A DNA stretch of 35,876 nucleotides from Octopus bimaculoides (lineage: Eukaryota). Location of the stretch: the NCBI RefSeq assembly GCF_001194135.2, contig NC_068981.1:49680481-49716356 (forward strand), given 5' to 3'. The notes beneath the pieces were generated by a model that ran no database searches, was not told the origin of the DNA, and worked only from the letters and a program-made list of their open reading frames with translations. Both the position numbers and the translations under genes were made by a program. This document shows, piece by piece, positions 23,719 to 35,249 of the stretch (positions within the stretch are counted from its first letter, which is position 1; every line of letters starts with the position of its first letter).

Positions 23719-23806
23719 GAGAAGAGAATGTGCCAATGGAAATGTTAATGGGACTCGTTGCTGACACAGCCACATTTTATAGTCAAGTTGAAGAGGACCA
23801 TACTCG
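23719..23806 (+). CDS. Candidate exon, (G)EENVPMEMLMGLVADTATFYSQVEEDHT(R); protein not recognised
   Basis: Acceptor ctatatttctcag, 88 nt open (phase 1 to phase 2), donor CG|gtaacg, protein-like composition. An upstream out-of-frame coding-like stretch (23588-23701) complicates the model. Confidence 0.45.
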
Positions 23807-24971
23807 GTAACGTAACTTGTTTTTTTGTTTTTGTTTTTCTTTTATTTTAAGTCTCGAGTAGTCGCCGATTCCGAGCTGAATTAGAAAGATTTTGAGGGAA
23901 CCATTCATTGTTGATATGTCAGGATATTGAGGAGAACGTTTTGTTAACCTAGTAGTGGTTTGTTGATTTTTTTTAAATTTAAGGTAATAATTCCTTTTCT
24001 TATGAAGATTGGCAGAACAGAAGAGACAGTCCATAAATTATGCTGTGCGTTAAACGGAAAGCTTCAAAGTTAGTCCATTATCAGAACGGTAAATATATGC
24101 GGAAAGAAGTGAATAAATGTTAGCTAATTAATTCATGTTAATTATTGCTGGAAGTCGTGAATATATTTAGCTACGTTCAAAAGTAATTTTTTAGCATCAA
24201 ATCATTTCCAAACGTTTTATTCGAATCTGATAAATTTGAAAGTATTTAGGAAGATACCTTAGGAAATACATAATAATCAGTGTAAGATTATTTTATATGT
24301 TATCCCATAGGAGCATGAAATATTTGCACAAAATTAATTCCGAATATAGCTGAAGAACAGTTTTCTGAATTGATAAGAAAAGTAATTTCCTACACATGCA
24401 TAAACTTTGAAACGTGAATTCAGATTCAAACATTAAACTTAACGATTTAATTGCAGTTAATTGACTCTTTAAATATATTTTTCATTGCATCTTATTAAAA
24501 GGCTGAATATTTCTATTTAAATGGTACTGAATTATTTTCCCCGTAAACTATTGAAGCATTCGGTCGTTTTCATAACGCTAGTTAAACTCCTTGCATTTCT
24601 GTATTTTCCCGTAAATTAAACTGGCTTTACATGTACATGTCCATAAGTAAATGCAATAAGATAAGCAATGAATACAAAATTTAGGAGACGGTGGAATTGA
24701 AATACGATTTAAGTACAAAAGAATATCTAACAAATCAGTAAACGTCTTGAAATGCATCAAAATTTACGAGATTTATTCTCTTTCCAATGTATTTATTTCG
24801 TTAAGTGTATGTTGGCTTTCATATTAATGGGTACTGCAGCATGATGCCGTTTTCAACTATTTTAGGAGCAAAGGTAAATCTGATTTCGAAGATTCCGCTT
24901 CCTGGCGTTCGTCGCCTTCTACAAATACTGCAATTAATTGTTAATTAACGCTTTCCTTAATCCCTTGGAAC

Positions 24972-25062
<91 letters not shown>

Positions 25063-25598
25063 CATGCATGTATGTGTATATGTTTGTATGTATGTATGTC
25101 TACTTATCTCTCGTGTGCTTACACATTTTTCATTCGTTAGTGATGTCCTGTACTGAATTTTTAATTTAATAATATATATGAATATATATATTAGTTTATG
25201 TTTATATTAATATTATCTCAGTTATTAAAACCTTTGATAATTTAAATACGTTAATAGTTACCAGAAGTAGCAAAATTACACTAAATAACAACATATTACA
25301 GCCGTTTTACAGGTAGAGATACCAAGTTAAAGTGATACATTTTGAGAAGATATGGATAATAATAATAAATGGAGCAAAACGCATGTCAATAAAAGTTCCT
25401 TTAATTCCTACACATGTTTCAAAATAAATGAGAGCGCTTTCACAAAGAAGAAAGGGCTGCTGGGGTTCCTCATAAATTTCTCTTCCGGGAGTTCATAATA
25501 AAACATATAATAGCAAGACAAAAACGAGATGATGAGGTAACTTACGAGCAGAGATGTTACATGGACAGTAACCGTTAGAAGGTTTTCTNNNNNNNNNN

Positions 25599-25862
25599 TG
25601 AGTGGATTTGGTAGACGGAAACTGAAAGAAGTCTGTCGTATATATATAGATATGTGTGTGTGTGTTTGTCCGCCCACCATCGCTTGGCAACTGATACTGG
25701 TGTGTTTACGTCCCTGTAACTTAGTTGTTCAGCAAAAAGAGACCGATAGAATAAGTACTAGGCTTCCAAAGAACAAGTCCTGGGATCGATTTTCTCGACT
25801 AAAGGCGGTGCTCCAGCATGGCCACAGTCAAATGACTGACACAAGTAAAAGAGTAAAAGAGA
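25599..25862 (+). mobile_element. SINE family A, middle and 3' part (5' end lost at the gap 25589-25598)
   Basis: Colinear with 26650-26938, including the internal (TA)/(GT) microsatellite and the tail caagtaaaagagtaaaaga. Confidence 0.9.
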
Positions 25863-25876
25863 GAGAGTATATATAT

Positions 25877-25931
25877 AATCATCATCATCATCATTGTTTA
25901 ATGTCTGCCTTCTATGCTGACATGGATAGGT

Positions 25932-25932
<1 letters not shown>
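25877..25932 (-). mobile_element. 3' tail of short-repeat family C, reverse orientation
   Basis: catcatcatcatcattgtttaatgtctgccttctatgctgacatgga is the reverse complement of the end of the copy at ~26440-26496. Confidence 0.65.
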
Positions 25933-25965
<33 letters not shown>

Positions 25966-26049
25966 TATACATACATAAAAGGAAGAGCTCAAGCACTGTC
26001 ACGCACACACATACAGCAGAACTTCTAACAGGGTTATGGCTGAAAACAT

Positions 26050-26125
26050 TGCTAAGATGCCATGCTGTGGCACTGGATACAGAACGATGTGGTTGGAAAA
26101 CAAGCCCCTTACCCAGCCATGTTTG
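26050..26125 (-). mobile_element. SINE family A head fragment, reverse orientation
   Basis: ttgctaagatgccatgctgtggcactggatacagaacgatgtggttggaaaacaagccccttacccagccat is the reverse complement of the family A head. Confidence 0.7.
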
Positions 26126-26289
26126 TGCCCCTAATTTATTCTCACTCTCTCTCCGCAAACGCGAGTAGCCCCATAGTTGCTTTACCAAAACCCGCTCTAC
26201 CCCACCGCTTCACTAACACCTTAACCGACCCCTAACCCACCATCTAACATATTGATGCAGCACCCTCCCTGCATGGGTTTTGTTGATTT

Positions 26290-26496
26290 GTGATCTACAT
26301 AGCGACTGCATTTGTGCCAGTGGCACAAAAAATAGCATCATGTACACTCTGTAAAATAGTTGGTGTTAGGAAGGGCATCTGGCTATAGAAACCATGCCAA
26401 AATAGGCACTGGATCATTGGATCCTTGACGATGTGTCCAGCCCATGCCAGCATGAAATGTGGGTCTTGAATGATGTTTATGATGATGACGATGATA
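26290..26496 (+). mobile_element. Short-repeat family C (SINE with RTE-like 3' tail ending in (GAT)n)
   Basis: ggtgttaggaagggcatctggctatagaaaccatgccaaa...cccatgccagcatgaaatgtggg...tgatgatgacgatg. The aggaagggcatc core is recalled as typical of RTE-derived tails. Confidence 0.7.
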
Positions 26497-26525
26497 TATA
26501 TGTATGTGTGTCTATATATATATAT

Positions 26526-26940
26526 ATAGGCGCAGGAGTGGCTGTGTGGTAAGTAGCTTGCCTACCAACAACATGGTTCCGGGTTCAGTCCCACTTTATG
26601 TCACATTGGGCAAGTGTCTTCTATTATACCCACGGGCCAACCAAAGCCTTGTGAGTGGATCTGGTTGACGGAGGCTAAAGGAGGCCCGTTGTGTATATGT
26701 ATGTGTGTGTGTGTGTGTGTGTGTGTTTGTGTGTCTGTCTTTGTCCCCACCAACATCGCTTGACAACCAATGCTGGTGGGTTTACGTCCCCGTAACTTAG
26801 CGGTTCGGCAAAAGAGACCGATAGAATAAGTACTTGGCTTACAAACAATAAGTCCTGGAGTCGATTTGCTCGACTAATGACGCTGCGCCAGCACGGCCGC
26901 AGTCAAATGACTGAAACAAGTAAAAAAGAGTAAAAGAGAT
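26526..26940 (+). mobile_element. Full-length SINE family A (~415 bp) with internal (TG)n microsatellite
   Basis: tRNA-like head (tggctgtgtggtaag A-box-like, ggttcagtccc B-box-like), internal (TG)n at ~26700-26732, and a 3' domain ending gaaacaagtaaaaaagagtaaaaga. It contains all parts seen in the partial copies. Confidence 0.92.
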
Positions 26941-27171
26941 ATGTGTGTATGTATGTATAGACAAGGGGGAACCCAAAAGCAACTGGAATGTTGGAATATT
27001 ATTTTATTTACTTAATATTACATGTATACACTTTTATCGCCTTCTAAGTATTCTCCATTTCAAGCAATTCATGGTTCAAACGCATTTTCTACTGTTCGAA
27101 GCAATCATGGAACTCATGCGATATGATGCCTTTTAACCCTACCACTGTTTTTTTTTTTTTTNNNNNNNNNN

Positions 27172-27625
27172 CGGGAGTTCGACGGTCGCACTGAACCAGA
27201 TTGGTTTTCAAGCAACAAGTGACCATTCCCAAAGCATGGAAACCATTCGTAATGTTGTGTTTTGTACATGGCAGAGTTCGTATCAGCTGTTTGAAGTGTG
27301 ACAAATAGTTCAGCCGCCATTTTCCCTAACAGAAAACAGACTTTCAAGGAAGCATGCGGTTCCTTCTTTTCAATTATCGCAAAAATCGATAAGCAAGGGA
27401 GAATCACTGCGAAACACAGACTCTACCTCATGACAGTATGGCCCCAGCCGTCGACACCGGTCCGCAGACTGCTGTCTGACGGTCGCCTCAAGTAGCCTTT
27501 AGCGACAGAAGCGTGAACTAGTATGGGCTTATCCCACAGAGAACGTTTCCGGCTACTTTTGTATGCACACTTGTGTACATACATATACAGAGACGAAGTA
27601 AGAGCAATAAAGCTGCAAATAAACA
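27172..27625. other. GC/CpG-enriched unique island: either the terminal exon plus 3' UTR of a plus-strand gene or the promoter/first exon of a minus-strand gene
   Basis: Plus strand: poly-T tract before the gap, open frame GSSTVALNQIGFQATSDHSQSMETIRNVVFCTWQSSYQLFEV* (TGA 27299-27301), AATAAA at 27606 and 27618. Minus strand: AAAATGGCGGC at 27323-27313 and ATGAG|gtagag at 27427. Confidence 0.45.
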
Positions 27626-27763
27626 AATTAAACCATTTGGGCTAGATATGTAAAATATATGTTCGTGTTTTCCATATTAAGCATCTCTGGCTCTCATTAC
27701 AACTCTCCTTATTTCTCCCTCTCCTTCTCTTTATCTCTCTCTCTTTCTCTCTCTATGTATACA

Positions 27764-27798
<35 letters not shown>

Positions 27799-27949
27799 AT
27801 TTTGCTTAGGTTTTTGCGACAGTCATAACCTAGTGTAGAGCTAAATATACATATGCATCTGAACAAGGCGTCAATCGAGTACAGAGCAGTTATATTAATA
27901 GGCGACATCAAAGGAATAAACGATTATCTTATGAAATGTGTTATCTTAC

Positions 27950-29110
27950 AGCTATTTCATTATAAAATGTAATATAATAAACTCATAGTCAGGTAACTTA
28001 TGACGCCATATTGCTTCATCGGAGCCTAAAACATGCAGTGTAATTTGTAGGAAATAATACTAATTATGCGAGATCTCCTAGATTCCATCCTCCACATACA
28101 TGTAAGCTTTCGCATTGGTAATAATCTCTCCTGTGTATGGCATAAATGTAATTATTTGCCGAAATAACTTACACTTCATGGTTCAGCTTCCGGTAAGGCT
28201 ATAATGTTTTACTTAAGCTCTCACTCAGATATAAATCCACTGCATCGTATAGTCGGAAACATGTAATTTAATGAAGTTCGTAAGATATTCCTTTGACATC
28301 CTCATATTTATCGTAAATATTTGATGAAATTCAGTATATTTCAGAATCGTATATGAATCACGTAACTTGCTTATGACCGAGAAATAGAATCGTTATATAA
28401 TAGAAAATGTATAATATGGTGATGGTGGATTTCTACAGCCATCCTTTTCTTTCACCAGACACGTTTGTTTAATGCGAAACTTATCTCCAAAACGATTAAT
28501 TAGATGTCCTATTTTTTTATTATGTTTTCTTTCCCTCACTTCCCTTATTCTCAATTGTAGACTCATAATCTCTGCTTCCCTTCAACTTTTGCCCTTTTTT
28601 CCATATGACGTGTCTGCTTCTTCTTCCATGATATCAAGAGCAGCAAATATATTTTATTTTAATATTCTTGGATGCCGTGTCGAATGTTAAAATAGATCTC
28701 TTACTCTGCCTTCTTGCACAAGAAAGAAATTTTTTTTAACGAATTTTTTATATGTAATATTTTTTAAAATTTTCACAACTCCGAGAGTGTCATCAAAGCT
28801 AAATCAAACACGTTTATGAATCTTGTTAGTGATTAGTGAGACCTTATAACTAACATGGAACAAGATATTCTCAAAATGATAAACTTCATTCCCGGTTCCT
28901 TTATTCCATTTGTGATTAAAAGAAATCGTAAGAATCTCGAGCTCATACCTGTACTCATTCTACGGGAACTATTTATGGTAAGATACAAAATATTTTCCAT
29001 ATGACCACACCTACTGTAATGTACACTTTTTGGTATGTTCACAGATCTGTTTCCTTGGAAGGACCCTGATTTCCGTGAATAAACTCGAAGATTAAGAAGA
29101 ATTCAATTGC
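27950..29110 (-). mobile_element. Ancient, heavily decayed RTE-like LINE reverse transcriptase
   Basis: The minus strand gives LLNLRVYSRKSGSFQGNRSVNIPKSVHYSRCGHMENILYL (same spacing as IPKxxxxxxCxNYRxISLL), then KILKNITY...VQEGRVRDLF/NIRHGIQ (FxIxxGxRQG region), and weaker downstream similarity. Motifs occur in RT order with many stops. Confidence 0.5.
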
Positions 29111-29959
29111 TTTTGAAGTACAGGGCTATGAAATTTTTCCTTGAAATATCAAGAATTTATATACATACATACATGCTTATAATACATACACACACACGCA
29201 CACACACACACACACACACATACACACACACANNNNNNNNNNNNNNNNNNNNNNNNNNNNNNNNNNNNNNNNNNNNNNNNNNNNNNNNNNNNNNNNNNNN
29301 NNNNNNNNNNNNNNNNNNNNNNNNNNNNNNNNNNNNNNNNNNNNNNNNNNNNNNNNNNNNNNNNNNNNNNNNNNNNNNNNNNNNNNNNNNNNNNNNNNNN
29401 NNNNNNNNNNNNNNNNNNNNNNNNNNNNNNNNNNNNNNNNNNNNNNNNNNNNNNNNNNNNNNNNNNNNNNNNNNNNNNNNNNNNNNNNNNNNNNNNNNNN
29501 NNNNNNNNNNNNNNNNNNNNNNNNNNNNNNNNNNNNNNNNNNNNNNNNNNNNNNNNNNNNNNNNNNNNNNNNNNNNNNNNNNNNNNNNNNNNNNNNNNNN
29601 NNNNNNNNNNNNNNNNNNNNNNNNNNNNNNNNNNNNNNNNNNNNNNNNNNNNNNNNNNNNNNNNNNNNNNNNNNNNNNNNNNNNNNNNNNNNNNNNNNNN
29701 NNNNNNNNNNNNNNNNNNNNNNNNNNNNNNNNNNNNNNNNNNNNNNNNNNNNNNNNNNNNNNNNNNNNNNNNNNNNNNNNNNNNNNNNNNNNNNNNNNNN
29801 NNNNNNNNNNNNNNNNNNAAACCGTTTTTAGAAAAACATAAAACAGAAGAATTACACTCTAAGACGTAGAGCAGTCTATATCTTTTGCTGGTGAAAGCCG
29901 GTTTATGGGGTTACCCTGAGATTCGAGGATTTTCCATTAGATCGAGTGTCGTCATTTTG

Positions 29960-30062
29960 TTGTCAAACGCGGATGACCAGCGATGTTAAATACGAGAAAG
30001 CAACAATACTCTGGGATATGCCAATACACACAGAGAGAGAAATTAAGGCTAATAGGCTAGAA
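29960..30062 (+). mobile_element. Third R4/Dong-type RLE fragment
   Basis: KATILWDMPIHTEREIKANR matches the ILWDxxIxTDxxIxANRPD motif that precedes the RLE catalytic PD. Confidence 0.7.
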
Positions 30063-30147
30063 GAAAATTCCTCTGCTTTTTTTCTGTCAGATAAAATGGG
30101 GTTGTATTTTTGCGTGTTAATTAGAGAGAGAGAGCGAACGAGTGGTG

Positions 30148-30343
30148 TGTTGTCATATGTACGTACATACATCAATAAATAGGCATACATCCTTTTAGGT
30201 AGGTCTGCGTGTGGATGTGTGAGAGAGAGAAAAAGAGAGAGTGCTACTTAGACATCTCTCTCACATACGAACACACACCCGCACGCATGCATAGAAAAAG
30301 ATGTATGCTTATGCATTTATGTATGTACGTATACATAACAACA
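30148..30343. repeat. Imperfect ~200-bp palindrome (arms ~30148-30230 and ~30256-30343)
   Basis: tgttgtcatatgtacgtacatacat...gcatacatcctttt...tgtgagagaga pairs with tctctctcaca...aaaaagatgtatgc...atgtatgtacgtatacataacaaca. Confidence 0.75.
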
Positions 30344-30993
30344 TATCTCTTCACCCGCACACATAGACACTGACACACACATACAAAAATCTATACAAAC
30401 GCACATACAAAAACACACGCATGAGTGTGTGTGGCTCTACAAATACATACAGTTGAATACGGTGTGCCAAAAGAAAATAAATAAAAACATATGTAGGGAA
30501 ATTAACGAAGTGTGCGAGCTCAGATGGAAATCATACCCGAAGTGAATGTGTATTTGTGTGTGTGCGAGAAAAAAAAGAGAGAGAGAGAGAGAGAGAGAAA
30601 AAACATTGCAAACAATGAATAATTCGTATAAATAGAAGTAAGTTAAAACCTATTTTGTTCCGAATATTTAAATTTGTGAACTTCGTAAATATTTCTTTCA
30701 GCAATTTATCGTAGTTGTTTACAAATAGCGAACATTAAAACAGAGAGTGAGAGACTTCACAGTTTTTTTTAAGTCAATACCGGAAGTTGACATTGAGAAA
30801 CCTTTTTAAAGAAGTGAATCATAAATAAAAATCAATATCATTTTATTTTTATTTAAAAAAAAATGAAAGGAATAATCTATTATATGGCCGAGAACAAATT
30901 ATTCATGGATCACAAGTATGGAAGTAATTGGTGAAGTCGTTCTCACGTGAGAAGCGAATACACACACATCTCTATTTCATATACATGTATACA

Positions 30994-31043
<50 letters not shown>

Positions 31044-31574
31044 NNNNNNNNNNNNNNNNNNNNNNNATATATATATTTATATATATATATAAACACACAC
31101 ACCTACTTTTTGTTTATGCACCTAACTTCGTATTTTGTTTTTCTGTAAATTCCTACTATATATGTTTGTCTATGTAGATATGTAGGTATGTATGTATATG
31201 CATGTCGGTATATTTAACACGTACGTATGATTATGCATGCAGTGCATAAGGATATAAGGATGCAAGTAATCGTTAAGTCAATTTTTCATTTTAAAGCATA
31301 AACATAAGAGGGTCATATTGAAAACAACAAGGAACAAAAGACCACTGTTATATCCATTCGTACCACTTTTACAATCTGTAGCAATACGTGTGTATAATCG
31401 GATATTGAGTACATTTTATATTCTTATTTTATAGTATAAAATTTCAAACATTTGTGTCTCGCTATCCTATTTATTTTGTAAATAGAACACAATACACAAC
31501 ATTCTACATCATATATATTGCTGTTTAAAGCAAGAATTAGGTTCCTTTGCCATCAGAAATGCCATTAACACCTG

Positions 31575-32356
31575 CAGCACATTTAACCCACACCTTCCGG
31601 ATTGAAATGTAATAAATACTGAGAAAAGAGCCCCTTGCCAACGAGAACGACGTTGTTTGTATCTAATATATCATCAATGTTAAACCCTTTTTCTTAATTT
31701 TGGTAACACACCGGTAAAGAATTCTCAGATGATTCATTATGTATGTTTTCTTTGAAAGTTAATTGCTTTTGAGGTATAAATAATTTGTAACCATAAGGAA
31801 GTAATTCCTTTTTATGTATACAACGAATAACAATAGAAATACAATATATCGTACTACAAATCATTTACAAAAATATTGTCTACTTTAATAGAAACATACA
31901 TTTAATTTATCTGGAGAGACATTGACTGCATTTAAAGACATTCGAAATAACAGAGCACACGTTGCCCACAGCTACTGGATAAAAATGTAGTAAATACTCA
32001 GAAACTAGTCCTTTCCAACGACACCAACGAAGTATGTATTTAATATATCATAGATGTTAAACCATTCTTTTTAATTTTGGTAACAAACCGACAAAAAGTA
32101 ATTTCAAATAATTCGTTAGTTATGTTTACTTTCAAAACTTAAATGCTTTTGAGGCATAATTATTTTGTGGTCATGTGGTGAAATGATTCTAATGAAGCAA
32201 TTCCTTTTTATGTGTATAACAAATAGCAATAGAAAAACAATATATCGTACCAGAAAACATTTATGAAAACTATGTCTGCATTAATAGAAACATACTTTAA
32301 ATTAATCTGAAGAAACATTGACTACCTTCAAAGATATTCGAAATAACAGAGCACAT
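31575..32356. repeat. Diverged head-to-tail tandem duplication, unit ~380-400 bp
   Basis: Copy 1 (~31575-31952) and copy 2 (~31953-32356) share colinear blocks: taaatact, taatatatcat, taattttggtaaca, tgcttttgagg, aattcctttttatgt, caatatatcgtac, taatagaaacatac, ttcgaaataacagagcaca. Copy 2 has a ~20-bp insertion. Confidence 0.9.
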
Positions 32357-32596
32357 ATACATTTAGTTCGAGTGCACAAAATATAAAAAAAACAACTTGT
32401 CGCACTCTAGGACTCACATACAAACTAACAGATATTGAAATGTGCACACAAACGCATACGGACGCAAACGCACACACACACATCTCTTCCTGTGTATTTG
32501 TAAAAGTGAGCGTTTACAAATTGAAGAACAGGAGACCGAGATATCCTCATGAGTATCTATCTATATATCTATCTATCTATCTATCCATCTATATAT

Positions 32597-32691
<95 letters not shown>

Positions 32692-35249
32692 NNNNNNNNN
32701 NNNNNNNNNNNNNNNNNNNNNNNNNNNNNNNNNNNNNNNNNNNNNNNNNNNNNNNNNNNNNNNNNNNNNNNNNNNNNNNNNNNNNNNNNNNNNNNNNNNN
32801 NNNNNNNNNNNNNNNNNNNNNNNNNNNNNNNNNNNNNNNNNNNNNNNNNNNNNNNNNNNNNNNNNNNNNNNNNNNNNNNNNNNNNNNNNNNNNNNNNNNN
32901 NNNNNNNNNNNNNNNNNNNNNNNNNNNNNNNNNNNNNNNNNNNNNNNNNNNNNNNNNNNNNNNNNNNNNNNNNNNNNNNNNNNNNNNNNNNNNNNNNNNN
33001 NNNNNNNNNNNNNNNNNNNNNNNNNNNNNNNNNNNNNNNNNNNNNNNNNNNNNNNNNNNNNNNNNNNNNNNNNNNNNNNNNNNNNNNNNNNNNNNNNNNN
33101 NNNNNNNNNNNNNNNNNNNNNNNNNNNNNNNNNNNNNNNNNNNNNNNNNNNNNNNNNNNNNNNNNNNNNNNNNNNNNNNNNNNNNNNNNNNNNNNNNNNN
33201 NNNNNNNNNNNNNNNNNNNNNNNNNNNNNNNNNNNNNNNNNNNNNNNNNNNNNNNNNNNNNNNNNNNNNNNNNNNNNNNNNNNNNNNNNNNNNNNNNNNN
33301 NNNNNNNNNNNNNNNNNNNNNNNNNNNNNNNNNNNNNNNNNNNNNNNNNNNNNNNNNNNNNNNNNNNNNNNNNNNNNNNNNNNNNNNNNNNNNNNNNNNN
33401 NNNNNNNNNNNNNNNNNNNNNNNNNNNNNNNNNNNNNNNNNNNNNNNNNNNNNNNNNNNNNNNNNNNNNNNNNNNNNNNNNNNNNNNNNNNNNNNNNNNN
33501 NNNNNNNNNNNNNNNNNNNNNNNNNNNNNNNNNNNNNNNNNNNNNNNNNNNNNNNNNNNNNNNNNNNNNNNNNNNNNNNNNNNNNNNNNNNNNNNNNNNN
33601 NNNNNNNNNNNNNNNNNNNNNNNNNNNNNNNNNNNNNNNNNNNNNNNNNNNNNNNNNNNNNNATATATATATATATAAGGAGGTACGTTGATGCAAACAG
33701 GAAATACAAAACTAAAAATGTGAGTATATGTATATTATTTATTAATATTTAGCAGAAATAACAGAATGACTAAGAGTCTAAGGGTTTAATGCATTGACAC
33801 TTATCAAACTAGTTTTAGAGAGCACTATATGACTTATTAACAATTATATAAATTCACAGGTCGAAGACATGTGACTACTTTTATACGTTCCAAGGAAAAT
33901 ATTCAGATATTCAAATAAATGTTATAACCCGCATTAAAGGATACTAAAATCCAATGAAAATACTCGTTAGTTACCAATCCATAGAAAGTTAAACTATGAG
34001 GTGACTATATAAACCATGTTTCATACGTTTATATATTTAAAGAATAAGGAGAAATCGGAGAGTTAATTAATAAAATATCATTTATTATTTATAAAATATG
34101 ACAACATATCTGACAGGTGTTTCGATTCAGTAATCTTTAGATAATTAATTTATAAAATTAAAATCATTATAAGAAGAATCTCTTCAGAGGCAGTAAAGAT
34201 ATACCGATTAGAAATATATGTTGAGATAACAGATGCAAACCGTTAACTGATAGCAAACATACAAAAAGTGCTGGTTATAGAAGACATCAATTCAACATAG
34301 TCAGAGAAGGTAGTATATATTTTTATGTCTTAAAGTAAGAAGAAGAGAGATTAATATAATTTCATAGAGTATTGAGAAGGAGAAAAAGAAAAAAAAGAAA
34401 AGAAGTAAAACACATATAAAATCATACTTCTATATAATATTACAATACAAAATAGTTTCAAAATTATATAATTTAAATTACGTAGGATCAAACCGTGGCA
34501 ATTATATATTAACCGAAGTTATCAGAAAGCGATAAATAATTTCTAGATATAATAATAATAACTTATTGCTTCGGTTTATAAAAATAATGAAACGAAATTA
34601 AATGTAAATAAATAAATAGAAACTCTAGAATAAGATGGAAACGTAAAATATCAGAATACATAATATATACTTACACCCCTTAAGAAACTTTATTTCAAGC
34701 CTTTATGGTAAAAAGAAACAATAATATAAACTATTGGATAGGAAACAATTTTTAAAATTCTGACATACAGCGTTCCTTAAGAAAGAAAACGGAAGTAAAT
34801 ATGTTATTAGACAAGTATAAGTGGATAAAAGGTTTTTTTTAATGAGAATAAACATTACGTAAGAGGAAAAACTAATGTATAAAAATAAATTGAAAATAAA
34901 ATAAAATAGATGACATTGAATTACGTTAAATGCCTTCATTTATAGCAGGATGTATGGAAAATATATATATCAAGACAGCAAAGCCAGAACAATTTTTAAA
35001 CGGGGGCGTATGTAACAATGTAATCGGAGGTAATGATAATATATTTGTGTATTTAATCGGTAAATTATAAATCAGCATAATATGTTATTAGTGTGATACA
35101 TTATAGTACTAAATAAAATATAATATAACATAGTATAATTTAATATAAAACATGAATAAATAAATAAATAAATACAGTCGGGGTTAAATGAAGAAGTTAA
35201 TGGTAATACAGGATTAAGAGAGAGGTTTACCTACGTGTGTACGAGGTGT

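Noticed and set aside
27430-27485. Possible SECIS (ATGAC...TGAC)
   Set aside because: Helix II does not pair next to the quartet and there is no apical AA motif.
28853-29098. Cys-loop-like LTWN...DTKYFPYDHTYCNVHF (tempting as an octopus chemotactile or nAChR pseudogene) and a plus-strand two-exon model MEQDILKM...
   Set aside because: The first Cys is missing, there are in-frame stops and the spacing is too short. The region is better explained as the antisense of a decayed RTE reverse transcriptase.
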